Source: Blastocystis sp. subtype 4 (Eukaryota). From it: a stretch of 60,942 nt of DNA. Where the stretch lies: positions 1 to 60,942 of the forward strand of contig NW_014569520.1 of the NCBI RefSeq assembly GCF_000743755.1, read 5' to 3'. The translations under genes were made by a program, and so were the position numbers. Shown one piece after another: positions 13,810 to 27,030 of this stretch; the stretch's first letter is position 1, and each line of letters starts with the position of its first letter. The notes beneath the pieces are model-generated. The model was not told where the DNA came from and ran no database searches. It saw only the letters and a program-made list of their open reading frames with translations.

Positions 13810-16335
13810 TTAACAATCAAGGAATGTATTTCGTAACTGAGAAATGATTCTTAAAGCCAAACTTCTGCACATCTCATCAGGATCATCACTAACCACACGA
13901 TTCATCCATTCTGCAACCCGTTTCTTCTCATATAATTCAGCTGTCAACTGGGACACATTCTCACGATACTCATACTGTGTCGTAGCGACGAATAACTCCA
14001 ATGATCCACGCCGAATTTGGGCTGATTTGTGGAATCGATAACGCAGGATGACTGCTGCCAAATCTCGATACGAAGCATCGAACACAGCAGTAAGCACAGG
14101 AAGAGTGAAGAGAAATGAGAGAGTATACAACAGAGAGGCAATGCATGATTCATCCCGAGGTGGAAATCGCAAACACCATGTTAACAAGGGTTCTGTCATG
14201 GATTGACTCACCTTCGAATAGTCATTTTTTGTCTTCTTTTCTGGTATTCCAGAATTAGGATTCTTTTGGTTCTCTGCTTTCTGCAAGATTTGTTTGCGAT
14301 AATATGATGGTCTGTATCTAGTATTAGCCACTCGAATCATTCCATCCTCCTCCTGTGTGATGATGGAAATCGGAGTTTCTTTTGGTATGTCATTTTTATC
14401 CTGTATTTCCATGGATCCCATAAAGAGCATTTTGGCTGCTTGAGAGATTGCTTGCAACAGAGCAAGGCACTTCACCGTGAGGAGGTTATTCCTTCCATTC
14501 TCTCTCAGGAACTGGAAGATTTGGCTCATAGAAGGTTGACACTGCCGATAGATGAAGATTGCAATCACTTCACACCACTGCTCCCAGAACTCCTCACATC
14601 CTACGAGTCCATTCATCTCCAGCAGGATACTCAGAACTGATCGTGTTGCTGACGGATCTGTAACACATTCATCTGTTCGTACGAGACTCCGAATGGAGTT
14701 CCACACTTTGAGACGAGTGTAATGATCCTCACACGAGAGATCTGGAATCGCATCCTCAAGATGAGAGTAGTCAGTTGCGTTAACGAATTCCTCAGTTAGA
14801 TCATAAGGAAGAAACTCCTCTTCCATCTCTGATAAATCAGAAGATTCTGTCACTTCTTCTGGGACTTGTGTGTTGATAAACTGATATTCCTCTTCAAGGA
14901 ACACATTCACAATCTCATCAGGATCCAAATACTTGGATGTTTTTGGTATTTCAGAAATTGGAGAGATTTCTTCTTTCGACGTGTCTTCAGGATTTGGTTG
15001 TGTTACTGGAGTGATATCTCTCAAGCTGTTTACAATAGCATCCAACTCACTGAGATCCACAGCTGGCCAATCATATTGCTTCTCAGGAGTGAGCTGAGAA
15101 GCCACCAGCCGAGCAATGCCAATAACCACAGCACGCACCTGTAGATTCTCCGTAGAAAGTCGTTTTCCAATCCCCTGCGTAATCGAATCTAGAATCTCTG
15201 GAGAAGAATTGAAATCTGTGAGAGACACCAGACAGTAGAGAACCGATGTGAGCTGAGTTTGTTGTGTGGTGGAGAGATGGACGAATGAAGAGGAGGCGAA
15301 TTGTGATACAAGTGTTTGAGTAAGCGAAAGGAATAACGAGGAGTGTGAGGGATGAACGATGGAGAATTGATAGAAAGAGTTAAGAATCTCCATGAGAGTG
15401 GAGAGTGTGAAGGGATAACGAATGATGAGCAAGCCAGTATGGGCGACGAAGAGCGAAGATTGAAAAACAGTTGAATTGAGTACTGCTTGATAATGAGAAG
15501 ATGGATGGAGCTGAGTTGCATCCAATAGAATCGTCAGAATAAAATCACTGATTCGAAGCTCAGGAACGAGAGAAAGAAACTGTTGGCAAGATTCGATCAG
15601 ATCAGTTCGAGAGATAGAATGCAGCAATGAACGGTAATTCTGATTCTCTCCTGCTAATGAATGAAGAATCGAACAAAAGGAAATGCCCATAGATTTTGCA
15701 TATCCCAAAATACAACTCTTTTTGACAAGGCGTTTCATTTGATCGAAATCTCTGTTTTCAGTAAAACCAAAATAAACTTGCATAAGATGTGTACTGAACC
15801 AATTTGCATATGTCTGATAAGCAAAAAAGGAGAGAGAGAGATCTGGAAACAGATTGGAGATGATATCTGGAAGATGCAAGAGATAGTTTGTTACAGTCTC
15901 CACATGTTCCGAAAATAGTAAAAGAGAGGTTCCTGTTTCATCGAAAACACAGGTAATCTCCTCAATCAGGCTATTGATACGCGATTTGAGAAACATCAGA
16001 AGCAAAGACGCTTCTTCTTTGGAATTCCGCTTCGACTGCAACGAAGTAACAAATGTCACCAACATGAAAGAGGGAGGAAGAAGAGGATCCTCCAAAAACG
16101 ATAATACATAAGATTTTTTCTCTGCTTCTGTCATTAGAAGATAGTACTGAGGCAATACGTTACAGATCACATAAGAGAGTAGTTTCTCATAGGACCCACA
16201 TTTTGTAACATAGGATTCCTAGTTCAATTAACAATTCTATATTCAGACTACTTGAGACAAAGCAACTTCATGAAGATCATCTCTCACACGCACAATCTCC
16301 CTTAGCGCATCTTCCTTAGATTGTATTTCGTCCAT
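13810..16335 (-). CDS. TEL2: Telomere length regulation protein Tel2/TELO2-like
   Basis: Helical-repeat protein with YLDPDE, acidic linker FLPYDLTEE and C-terminal DDPDEMCRSLA typical of Tel2; ATG at 16335. Confidence 0.7.
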
Positions 16336-16499
16336 ACTTGCAATAACCAAAGTTTAAAGCGAACGAAGTGATCCAAGAAGAGTTCTAGTACGGTTAGAGT
16401 CTATGTATTTCGTCTTACAAAGAGTCTTGCAGATACAAGAAAGTACAACTACCTTCAGTCTCTCAAAAGATTGAAGTGGTTCTTTTAATTATCATTCCA

Positions 16500-17314
16500 A
16501 TGGACAAGAAAGAATTGAACGAAGCCTATGAAAGACGATCGCAGATGGAAGAGAGGATGTGTGAGATTATCGACTTTCTGAATCTTCCTGGTGTGTGAAC
16601 GTATTTTATTTGAGGAATAGGACCTAATGGAAAATCGCCTGTTGGTCTTCATGGTAATCTCCTTGACGAGGACGGATATCCTCGAGATGATATCGATATT
16701 GTTCAGGTATTTGTAATTGGATGGATTCACTCAAGATTCGGACGTTGCGTCATGAATTGGCAGAATTGCGAACGGATTATGAAGAATTAAATGAAAAAAT
16801 GACTCAGATGACATATTCTATGTTTGAAGCGATGAAGAATCAAGTTCCCGAAGAATGCACAACAGCCTCAGAAATTGTCATTGAAGAGAAGCCAGTCACA
16901 CCAGATTCGAAGAATCCGACGGAGCAAAAGGAAGATGATCCTCTCATGAACGTTGTTCTTCGAATGGAACGAGAAGAAGCTTCAGTTCGAGAATGGAAGG
17001 ATCCTGAAGATTACATCGGATCCATCCGAACAGTTCAGCCAAACAGTATAGCCGAACGAGCTGGTCTTTTAGACTGTGATCGCATTATCGAGTTTGGATC
17101 CATTGATAAGAACTCGTTTTCAGGATTAAAACAGTTTGCAGAATACTTTGAACGAAGTCGAGGGACTGTACTGAAGGTGGTGGTAGGTCGGAATCATGGT
17201 GATCGCTATGAAACACGTACGATAGAAATGGATATTCCTGTGGACCCTTTAGAGAGACTAGGGTGGGGATGTTTGTGGGAGCTTACCTTTAGAATTCACT
17301 TTATTCCGAAATGA
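16500..17314 (+). CDS. PSMD9: 26S proteasome assembly chaperone Nas2/PSMD9
   Basis: Nas2_N motif LLDEDGYPRDDIDIVQ|IRTLRHELAELRTDY followed by PDZ (VQPNSIAERAGLLDCDRIIEFG). Confidence 0.88.
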
Positions 17315-17392
17315 CTACTTTATATGATAGGTTGGATGTCTTGTTTGTTGAATCTCAATCGTTTCAAATTGTGTTTCGATTCAGATCATTCT

Positions 17393-19059
17393 ATGTGCAC
17401 TCTCTTTTTATTGACTATTCTTCTGTCAGTAGCTTTTTCCCGTGTTCCAGAAGAGGAGAGAACATTTTCATCAGTGGTAATCGACAAATATCTTGTGGGG
17501 ATAAAAGACAAGTTTAAAGACCCAGAACTTGCTGATCTTTTCGAGTCTTGTTATCCGAATACCCTAGACACTACGGTGTATTCTTTTACGGACAATCCTG
17601 AAGGTGATGAGGATACTTTTCTGATTACTGGTGACATCACAGCTATGTGGCTTCGTGACAGCACAAATCAGGTTCGCTTTGGAAGATGAGTTAACTCTAG
17701 ATCCTCCCGTATTTACGTTTTGCAAATCATGACTCTCGGTTAAAGGCTCTAATTCGAGGTGTTCTCAACAGACAGGTGAAATCTGTTCTCATTGATCCGT
17801 ATGCCAATGCTTTCAACTTTGACAAAACGGGTCATCCAGACTCTCACACAGATGACAATACGAAGAGACCTTCTTTTTTGGTACCTTTCGATTGTTTGTA
17901 TCATGCTTAGGGAACTCGTTCGAATGCAATGACAAACGAGATTTTTGAACGAAAATTTGAAATTGATTCTCTTGCAGCGGTTCTTGCTCTTTCTGCCAAG
18001 TATTACAATACGACTATGGATTCTCTTCCTTACAATGATCGTTGGGTTCGTGCTGTGAAGTTGATAATTTCAACTGCTCGAAAGAACCAGGTAGAAAGTT
18101 CTCCCTACCATAACTACGAATACACGTTCACTCGCATTTGTAATCGACCCACAGAGACCTTGATGGATGGTCAGGGATGGCCATCTCGATATACAGGACT
18201 TGTATATGTTCTTGTTGGGAGTGATGGATAGATTCGAAGTGGTTTCCGTCCTTCGGATGATGCAACGAAACTTCCGTATTTCATTCCTGGTAATATCATG
18301 TTCTTAACTAATCTTCGTTATTGTGCTGATATTCTGGAGAATGTAGTACGAGTAAGCAAGAAGGGCAGAATTCATCATTAGGACAAGGAAACAGCTGCCG
18401 ATGCCCGTAAACTGGCCGATGAGATTGATGAGGCAGTTCATCGATTTGGTAAGATGATTTGTGTTGAGTGATCGATAGGTATTGTGAATCATCCTTTTGC
18501 TGGAGAGGTGTATGCTTATGAAGTGGATGGGTTTGGAAGTGCGTATTTCATGGATGATGCAAATATTCCTTCTCTTTTATCATTACCATTTTTGGGTACG
18601 ATTTTGGGATCTTTTTGATTGTAGGATATTTGGACAAGAATGATGTGATTTACCAAAATACTCGCAAAATGATTCTGAGTGAGTATAATCCCTATTTCTT
18701 TAAGGTTTCTGTTTGTTTTGGGGGTTGATGAGTAGGGAAAAGTGGGAGAAGGAATTGGAGGACCTCATGTTGGTCCTGGTTATATTTGGCCAATGTCACT
18801 TATTGTTCGTGCCTATACTTCGGACGTACGGTTTTATCGGATGGTTGATTTGTAGAATAAGGAGGAGATTCTTGAATGCATCGATGTGTTGAAGAAGAGT
18901 GCTACGAATGGATACATGCATGAGAGCTTCTTCCAAGATGATTTCAATAGTTATACTCGTCCTTGGTTTGCATGGACGAATAGTCTTTTTGGTGACATGT
19001 TAATTGACTTGATGCATCGTCATCCAGATTACATTTTAAAGAATTCAGTTGTTTCTTAA
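17393..19059 (+). CDS. Glycoside hydrolase family 125 (exo-alpha-1,6-mannosidase-like), secreted
   Basis: Signal peptide; [66 protein letters not shown]. Confidence 0.92.
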
Positions 19060-19069
19060 ACAAACAGAA

Positions 19070-21041
19070 TCACTTCTTGTAGGTCGCTAAATTGATATCT
19101 ACAATCAATCTTCACATTTGTCTCTACATTTAGATAAACATAATAACTGACGGCTCTCATCCGGTTTCTTCCGAATTTCGTTAAGAAATCGTCGATACAG
19201 GCGAAGCATATCAGGATTCTCCTTAAATCGAGCTATATACTCTTTTGCATACTTTGATCTACATTAAACACATAAACATAACATACGGAGCATGAGGAAT
19301 ATCAAAAGCAAAAGATCGAGAAAGGATGTAATATTCATATCCCAAATAACGGAGATATTCGATCCATTGTACCTTATTAAATCCGTAGTTAATAAATCGC
19401 TCATCAAACAGAGGGAGAGTCTCGGATCTCCGTACCATAACATAAGGCTCCATAAATCGTTCTTTGAAACATTTATGATACACCAACTGGGACTTTGGAT
19501 CCAGAATGAACCACACATCATTCACATAATTCTAGGCTAGATCATATTAAAACGATATACATGTGTTTTAGTACGCGGTCGAAACACAGAACAGTTGCTG
19601 GCATGTACACATTCCTTCAGATCATCTTTGGTTTTCGGTAGGAGTGGAATAGATCTGTAGATGAGATACACAAACGAAAGAAACAAGTCTACACACTCCT
19701 GAAATCCATTGCAAGGGAACTGCTTCAAGTAGGTGGAAGTGAATGAAAAAGCAGGAATAATTGTTACAAAATAATCATTATCGAGATAGGAGGATGGAAG
19801 TGATGATAATTCTTGATACAAATTGGCTAAAGTCAAATCTATCAAAAGGAACTACGAGCAGGCCACATGTCCATGTCAAACACGATAAAATGAGTGGTTT
19901 GAATGTTTGATATAGCAATATTCCGAAGACGATTAATTGGATAGATGTTGGTAGTGACACACGAAAGTGTTGATTTCTTTTTCCTCTGATAGACACAATC
20001 CTTTGTAGAATCAGAATTGTGGATATAGAGTGTAATGCGTAATCGGCTTGGATACTGATTTTCAACCAACGATCTCACAATATCAGGTTCTTCCTTTTCT
20101 GTAATGAATAATGCTATACTTATGGACCCATGCCAACGTTCCAGCAGATGGGGAAGAAAGAACAGTCGTTCGGATCTAATGGAGATATATCTTAAGAATG
20201 TACGATGATTGCGAGATGATTGTGAAGTCAGGCTCTGTAGAATGAGAGAGAACTATGAATCAACATGAAGGTGCGTAATGACTTGGCTGAATATGAGGTG
20301 TTGAATCATCGAGATGGGTGGATCCAGAATAGTACGACAAGTGATGGGGTTGTAAAAATGTGGACTCATTAACCAGGCGTTTGGGAAGTTTCAGTTGGAT
20401 ATTCTTCAGAATATCGTTATAAGGAGTTCGTGGAGACGAATTGGGGTTCCTTCGAGTATACATCGTTTCCATCCTTTTAGGTTTTGATGTGGAGGGGATC
20501 GGATTTGTTGATGGAGAAATAAACGGAATTGAAGGAACTGATGGAGTAAATAGCGATGGAGACAGTATAGAAGGTGATGGAGGAATAGCCTGTGATGGTA
20601 CTGACACAGTTCTGGTGGGAAAAAAGTCAGAAACAAGCAGCTTCGTAGGAATTGGAGTATTCAGTCTCAGTCTAGAGGATGGCGTCTCACTTTTCCCATC
20701 TCCAGAATCAATTTCACGACTAAGAACATTCTCGTCTTGGTGCACTTGTTCTTCTACCAAATCAACAGAAGTAGCATATAACTTCAAATCTCTTTCTTAA
20801 TGAATACACTCATTCATCCAATACTTCCTATCGATTTTAACATAAGACTTGAGAGCTTCATCTCCACTTTAGTCCCTCTTTGTCCGATCATAGATTGAGA
20901 ACTATTGAGAATCAACTCATTATAATTTCTGGATAACAGGAACCAGCAATACCTTCACATTACAAAACTCCATAACCAATACCATATCAATAGAAGAGAA
21001 GCAGACAACAAGAATAGAGAGAGGAAGTCAGACTTATTCAT
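19070..21041 (-). CDS. LARGE-like glycosyltransferase family 49
   Basis: WHGSISIA, YPINRLRNIA, FDMDM (DxD), IPAF, MEPY, PLFDERFINYGFNKVQW; N-terminal TM and Pro/Ser stem; start approximate. Confidence 0.85.
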
Positions 21042-21150
21042 ACACTTTGGAGTGAAAATGGAATGACTTAGTGAATAAGTCCAACCTCTCATAATCCATA
21101 GCTAACAACAAACAAATGAAACAACCACACCAAACTCCAGAGAGATCTGC

Positions 21151-21659
21151 TTAATCATCCTGAGCCTTCTTAGCCTTATGGAGAGCAGCACGACGTCCCG
21201 TTCCCCAAATCTTCTTCTGGTGATTCTTCTTCTCCTTCAACATCTTTCTTCCCTGACGAGGATACTCCTGGATTCCGAACTACATGTAAACGTTTAACAG
21301 CATCTCTATACTCTAGCCAGACGGTACTTGGCCTCGAACTTCTTCACATCATTCAAGGAGTCATAGATAAGAGCAAATCCAGTAGATCGACCTCCACCTA
21401 ATACATCACGAATGCCTTAGACGAATTACCGAAAGCAATTTGGAAGCCAAAGAGGATGATGCACTTATCGTCCTGGACGTTGTACTTCTTGGCCAGAGTC
21501 GCCTTAAGCTCTTCCTTTGAGACAGAAGCACGCTTGGGATGAATCACTTCGATCGTCTAGCTCTAATACACAATAACCATAACAAACCATCTGACGACGC
21601 TTCAGAAGGGGGTTTCTCATGAACTTTCTCACACGAACAGTGACAGCAGCTTCAGACAT
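21151..21659 (-). CDS. RPS24: 40S ribosomal protein S24 (eS24)
   Basis: [43 protein letters not shown]. Confidence 0.96.
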
Positions 21660-21737
21660 CTTTACAGGGTGTAGTTTGTGATAACAAAGCGAATGAAATG
21701 AAGCATGTTTAGTGATCCATAGTGATCATAGACAGGA

Positions 21738-22570
21738 TTATTGATGCTCAATTCAGCAAAGAAAGAGTCTCAGTGGACCTTATTCTTTTCGGATTTCTTT
21801 AAAATCTTGCGTTCCTCTCTGTGGATAGTCAGGTTTCTCTCGTCACTTAGATTCCATAACTCCAGAAACATTGCTATTTTGATTCCCGTTGACTCGTACA
21901 ATCCTTGGAGAGACGGATCCGCAAATACAATCAGAGCAACTCGACATAGCGATTCGATGAATCCTTCATAACTAGGTATTATAGATACGCAGAGTGACTA
22001 CTCTAAGAGATTGGCTGTAGCGATCTTGCTGCTATCATTCCTTCGATCTGCAATTCTCATATAACTGTTCACAGCATCCTCTTTGCTGATGAACTTGGGT
22101 AATAATCCATAATCTTCTAACAAATCCAATTGGTCGTCGATGCTATGTAAGAGTTCACCGTTGTAATCACAAGCATATACATTGAATAATTTATACCTAG
22201 TAGAATAAAACAATCACATTGAAACTGTACAAGATTGCATTGTACTTGTCACACATGACTGCAGCCTCATACGAAACTGGATTACTAGGTTCTGTTGGTT
22301 CTGTATCACTCAAACTAGGTGAAATGGAAATGCTATCTCTTGATATACTCATTATATAGAGTTTTTAGTCCAAACTCATCAGAGGCGCAAAACCGGTTAT
22401 TCCCCAATAATGGCAATCTATTGAAAGAGTCTTCCAAGGCCTTAGAAAGAGGTAATTCAATGATTCTGCATACACTGGTTAACTTCGATTGGACATTGTA
22501 GTGGAAATAGTCATTCTTGTCCTACCATGAAGAGAATATGCATACAAATGGATAAAATAAAATCAAGCAT
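21738..22570 (-). CDS. Hypothetical protein (degenerate EF-hand-like)
   Basis: Spliced ORF with YKLFNVYA..LLEDYGLLPKFISK..YEGFIESLCRVA; start approximate. Confidence 0.45.
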
Positions 22571-22687
22571 ATGATTCGAATCTAATCCCTCAATAATTGA
22601 TAAAAAACTATTAACCAATCAAATACTGCTACGTAGTTGTTTTCGAGGTTCTCACGTAGGCTTCCACGATTCATTCAGATCAATAGA

Positions 22688-23558
22688 ATGTTAACTTGGA
22701 TACTGGTCTTTGTTTGTTTGCTTGCTACTTCCTATTCGAGTTCGTAGTATGCTTTTAAAGTAATCTGTAGCTTGCACAAGTCTTGCTGGAATCTGTTATG
22801 GAGTTAGTATGTGCATATCCACTCGTAATCACATGTAGCACAGAATACACTACAGTTCAATATCAATTGGAGGGGGATTCCTACTTACGAAGATGCTGTT
22901 AGTTCGTTCTTTAACGAAAATCAATGTGGAAGGAAGAGATACTCCTATTTATACCAGTAGATCTTTGTCTTGTTTCTTATGGTTAGTAAAGTGTTGAAAT
23001 GCAAAAAGACGGATGTCAAGAGGAAGTACGATTGTGTATCAACAACAAAATCTGTTTGGATCAAGGTCTTCGATACAACCGACTATGTGATGCAACAGTA
23101 CTTGGCCAAATGCAATAATAAAATGGCTGAAAAATATATCGATATATCGTACATGTTGTTTCAAGACCTTGAACTCTAGGAAACTGTCATGTTTGATCGA
23201 TGGTGTTGATCCCTTCGCTTCAGAACGGAGTAAGATTAAGGAAACTCAGACTCGTACGATTGAAGTGGATGGTAGATGTGAGAAGATTGACTGATGACTA
23301 GAGAACAATTTCCCTGTGTATGAGGAATATTATCCTGGTGAAGGCAGTTGCGTTTGGAATTATGAAGTGAATGGATTGCAAATCTCTTGTAGGAATATGG
23401 AGTTAGTGTAATCAGTAGTTTATGTGATTCTAAGCATTGTCATAGTTATCCTTGTTCTCTTTATTGTGATTTTTATCTATGCTCAGAAATATCGCAAAGA
23501 GAAACGCAATCCCTTAAACCGCACAATGAGGGAGCACTTAGTTGATTCGTCAGTTTAA
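22688..23558 (+). CDS. Hypothetical Cys-containing type I membrane protein
   Basis: Signal peptide MLTWILVFVCLL, C-terminal TM (VILSIVIVILVLFIVIFIY) and basic tail; TAA at 23556 with TGTTTGAA at 23561. Confidence 0.6.
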
Positions 23559-23586
23559 TCTGTTTGAAACAAACATTCTTCACGGA

Positions 23587-25148
23587 TCACTTATTCATCG
23601 CTTTGTGCAAGTCATTAATAGCATCTATAGTTTCCTCCGAAGTCGCTTGTAATAAAGACTTTGCATATACCATCGTTTCCTTCATCAATTTGATTCCCTT
23701 GATAGACATATAAACAATAAGTGACAGAATAATAAGAATCACAAGAACAACAAAAGAAGTATACCAATAATGAATCTTGAAATAACTGAGATAGGATGAG
23801 ATCACATATCCCTTCAAATGATTTACTTGGTTCACATTCTGTTCACTCATACAATCCATGAACTGAGGAAGTACATCAAACAACTTCACAAGAATCTCGC
23901 GATAGTATGTGACCTTCTGTTGAAGGAGTGAAAACATGTCGAGAAACTCAGGAGGAATCTCCTGGAACTGACTTAGATCCTCATTCATGAAAAAGCCACT
24001 CACAATATCATAGACACGTCCATAGGCAGTTGAAGACTTCTGTACTAACTCAGTACTGAGACTTGTGATGTTCTTTCTCATTGAATCTCGGAGATCTATC
24101 ATATCCTTCTTGAACGAGGGATCAATCAGAGACAATGGATCAGTAGCTACATCAGGGAGCTCAGCCACAGTGAGTTGAAGTAGATCACGAGTGAATACAT
24201 GATGATACTCAGTGAAGTTTTTAATGGCAGCATATGAATAATTGCCGTCTTTAATGAAACCAACTGCATCTTGAACCAATGGAATGTTCAAAGGAAGGAA
24301 ATCAAGATATGGATAGAAAGTGGCATTTAACCCAGAAAGAATCGTTCCTATGGGAGGAAGAGATTGGAGAATCAAATCTTTGTTCTTTGAGACATCTTTG
24401 ACATCTTGAATGAGAGTGAGCAAACCCCTTCCATCTTCTAAATAAACTCTACAATTATTTAGAGACTCCTCTTCGGAAAGGAGCGTGATATTTAAGAGTT
24501 GACGATAATTGTCAGGAATATGCATTGCATTGGTGGAGAAGTTACGATAAACAAATGCATCCATCAGCAACTCCTGTGCTGTCCGATTCTCACTGTTGGA
24601 GAACTGCTGAAGGTTGTACTTGGTAGGAAGGTAAGGAGAGAGATAGAGAGAGTAAGCAGGGAAAATAGCCACACCAACGATCCAAATACCAAGAACAACA
24701 AAGAGTAGGGCTAATAAAATCAGATATACGTAGAATACAGCTTTCGTACAGAGAACCTTGGGCCTAGAAATGATAACAACTAAATCAAACCAAACCGTGG
24801 CACTGTATAAATTTTAGTTGTCTGTCCGCAAGTAGGACACTTGGTTGGCTCTAGGAATGATCGATTTATGGGATAATTACTCTTGGATTTATCACGCAGA
24901 AGGGGGATAATATCGTCATCATCCTGCATATTCATTACACTAACCGATTATCTCACAATCAAAGTACTCACCCAGAACCCCTCCAAATCAACTACAGATG
25001 ATTTCAACAATCCAATGTATACGTATTCCTTACGTAAGAACTTAAACACCAAACCAAACACGGAGATCCAGGAAACAAGCGTAAAAACATTGAAAGATAG
25101 GAAAAACTTGATAAGAGAGAATACCGAACCGACGCCCACTGTAGCCAT
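23587..25148 (-). CDS. Hypothetical multi-pass membrane protein with a CPTCG knuckle
   Basis: Hydrophobic N-terminal exon, CPTCG, 361-aa exon with C-terminal TM; minus TGTTTGTT at 23568-23575. Confidence 0.55.
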
Positions 25149-25285
25149 GTTTATCTTAGAACTCTTTGTTTACTAGAGAGAACCGCGGGAGACAAGAATC
25201 CTGGTAGTCTTGTTTGCAGGAATAATTGGATTATACAGACGTGTTCTGTGCCTGATATGGAACAGCGGAGAGCAGGAACTCAAAG

Positions 25286-25938
25286 ATGGATTCTCTTTTG
25301 GTCCCTCCTTCTCATTTTGCTATGGTTGAGGAGGGGCTGTATCGTGGTGGCTATCCAGAAACAATTAACTACCGGTTTCTCCAATCGTAGATGTTTGTTC
25401 TTTTGATTCCTATTTGAAGCTTGCATTTGAAATGTATCGTTTCAATGCTTCCAGATGGAGAACCACAAGCGATTAAGCATTTTTGTGAAGAGAACGATAT
25501 TATTCATATTCATGTTGATACAGAAGAATATGATGTTGACTGTATTCCAAGCAAAGAAGAAAAGAATCGAGTTACGAGTGTTAGTGGTCTAGTCCTTCTA
25601 TGATTTGTAGTTACTCATTAATAGCGATTTGTATCCCCTATTCTTCTTTGGAAGTCAAAGTAGTAAGATTGCGAGTGTATATGTTATGTTGTTACGATTT
25701 GTTCAACGATATCACTCGACATACATTTTTAGAGAATTTAATAAGTAGAGTGTATGTGGATAGTCGTGATAGGTAGATTTGATGAAAAAATTGATGACGA
25801 CTTGAAAAGCATCTTTGACGACCTTCGAATTACTCTCCCAGATCATTTGCCGTCATGGTTACCTATTGATGCGATTAATGTACAAGTATTGTTGCCCGAA
25901 TCATTTGTATGTTTCAAAAAATAATCCAGAGGATTAAG
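25286..25938 (+). CDS. Siw14/OCA (PFA-DSP) family phosphatase-like protein, probably inactive
   Basis: LLVPPSHFAMVEEGLYRGGYP..FLQSLHLKCIVSM; HCxxGxxR motif replaced; stop may be poly(A)-made at 25901. Confidence 0.75.
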
Positions 25939-25954
25939 TAATCTCTAGCAGTTA

Positions 25955-26910
25955 TTAAACCTTGACTTCAGTTTGAGCTTCGGCACCCGATGCGCCTGGG
26001 ACAGTAGGCTCAGCTTGGCTAGGTTTTACAGATTGATCCGAATCCTCTTTCTTATAGGTACCATCTCCTGCTTCCTCATTCGAAGCGACCTCAGTACCCT
26101 TACCATCGTCTGGAGTTGTGATTGGCAATACCTTCTTATTTCTGCGGAAGAAATACGTCGAATAAATAAATAGAGTGGTCACCAACATCACCAGACATAA
26201 TGTGTACATCAGATACAAAACAAAACGATCTAAAAATTACAGAGGACCAAGAACCCCACTTGGATAAACGACATGACAACGATCAACATTGACAATTTTG
26301 CAAACGTTGCCTGAAATCTCAGGATTCATCATATCATCCACAACAATGCTGACTTCAATCTCACTGCCCGATGGAACATCCTTATACAAATCTAGACTGG
26401 GAGAAGTACATTTAGTCTTTCTGGATGTCATAACACTGAAGAGGAATTACTCATCCGACGTCAAATCAATAGAAGCACCAACGTCTACGCCAGTACAAAC
26501 TAGGTCAGTAATAGCAGCAGCAGTGTGGATCGTTAATATATTAGACTTAACAGAACGCTTATAAACGCTTTTTGCTATAAGTTATAGAGAAAAGATAACT
26601 CCACTTCCATTCTTCAACTGAAATTCTAAAGAAAAGACTGTAGTAATTGTATACTGAGGATCAGAGGAGCATGTGTCGTCAAGGAAACCCTTGTGCACAC
26701 GCTCATATTCGACAGCCATCAACGACTCATCTGACGTCATCTCAATAGTATCCATGGATTCTAATAACATAAGCATCATATCACTCCCTTACTTCTTTCA
26801 GGATAACAGTCACATTCGAAATAGCCACAATCTAAAATGAATTACAAGACGAAGCCAGTACCATCAGCTAAAACTAGAGCTCCTAAAACTAAAAGTGCGA
26901 TGATCCTCAT
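25955..26910 (-). CDS. Hypothetical type I membrane protein
   Basis: Signal peptide MRIIALLVLGALVLA, Cys-containing ectodomain, TM YLMYTLCLVMLVTTLFIY followed by RRNKK. Confidence 0.6.
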
Positions 26911-27030
26911 GTTTACTGGAGAAAGACAAAAAAGAGAAACGTCGAAACATGTTAGAAGGACTACAATCTGTGTTTCGATTTGAATAATTGTAAATCCTAA
27001 TTCAATAGACGAAGTATACAATAAACAAGT

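Noticed and set aside
22711..22718. Exact TGTTTGTT near the 5' end of a CDS
   Set aside because: Encodes part of the signal peptide and would not yield an in-frame stop; shows the motif alone is not sufficient
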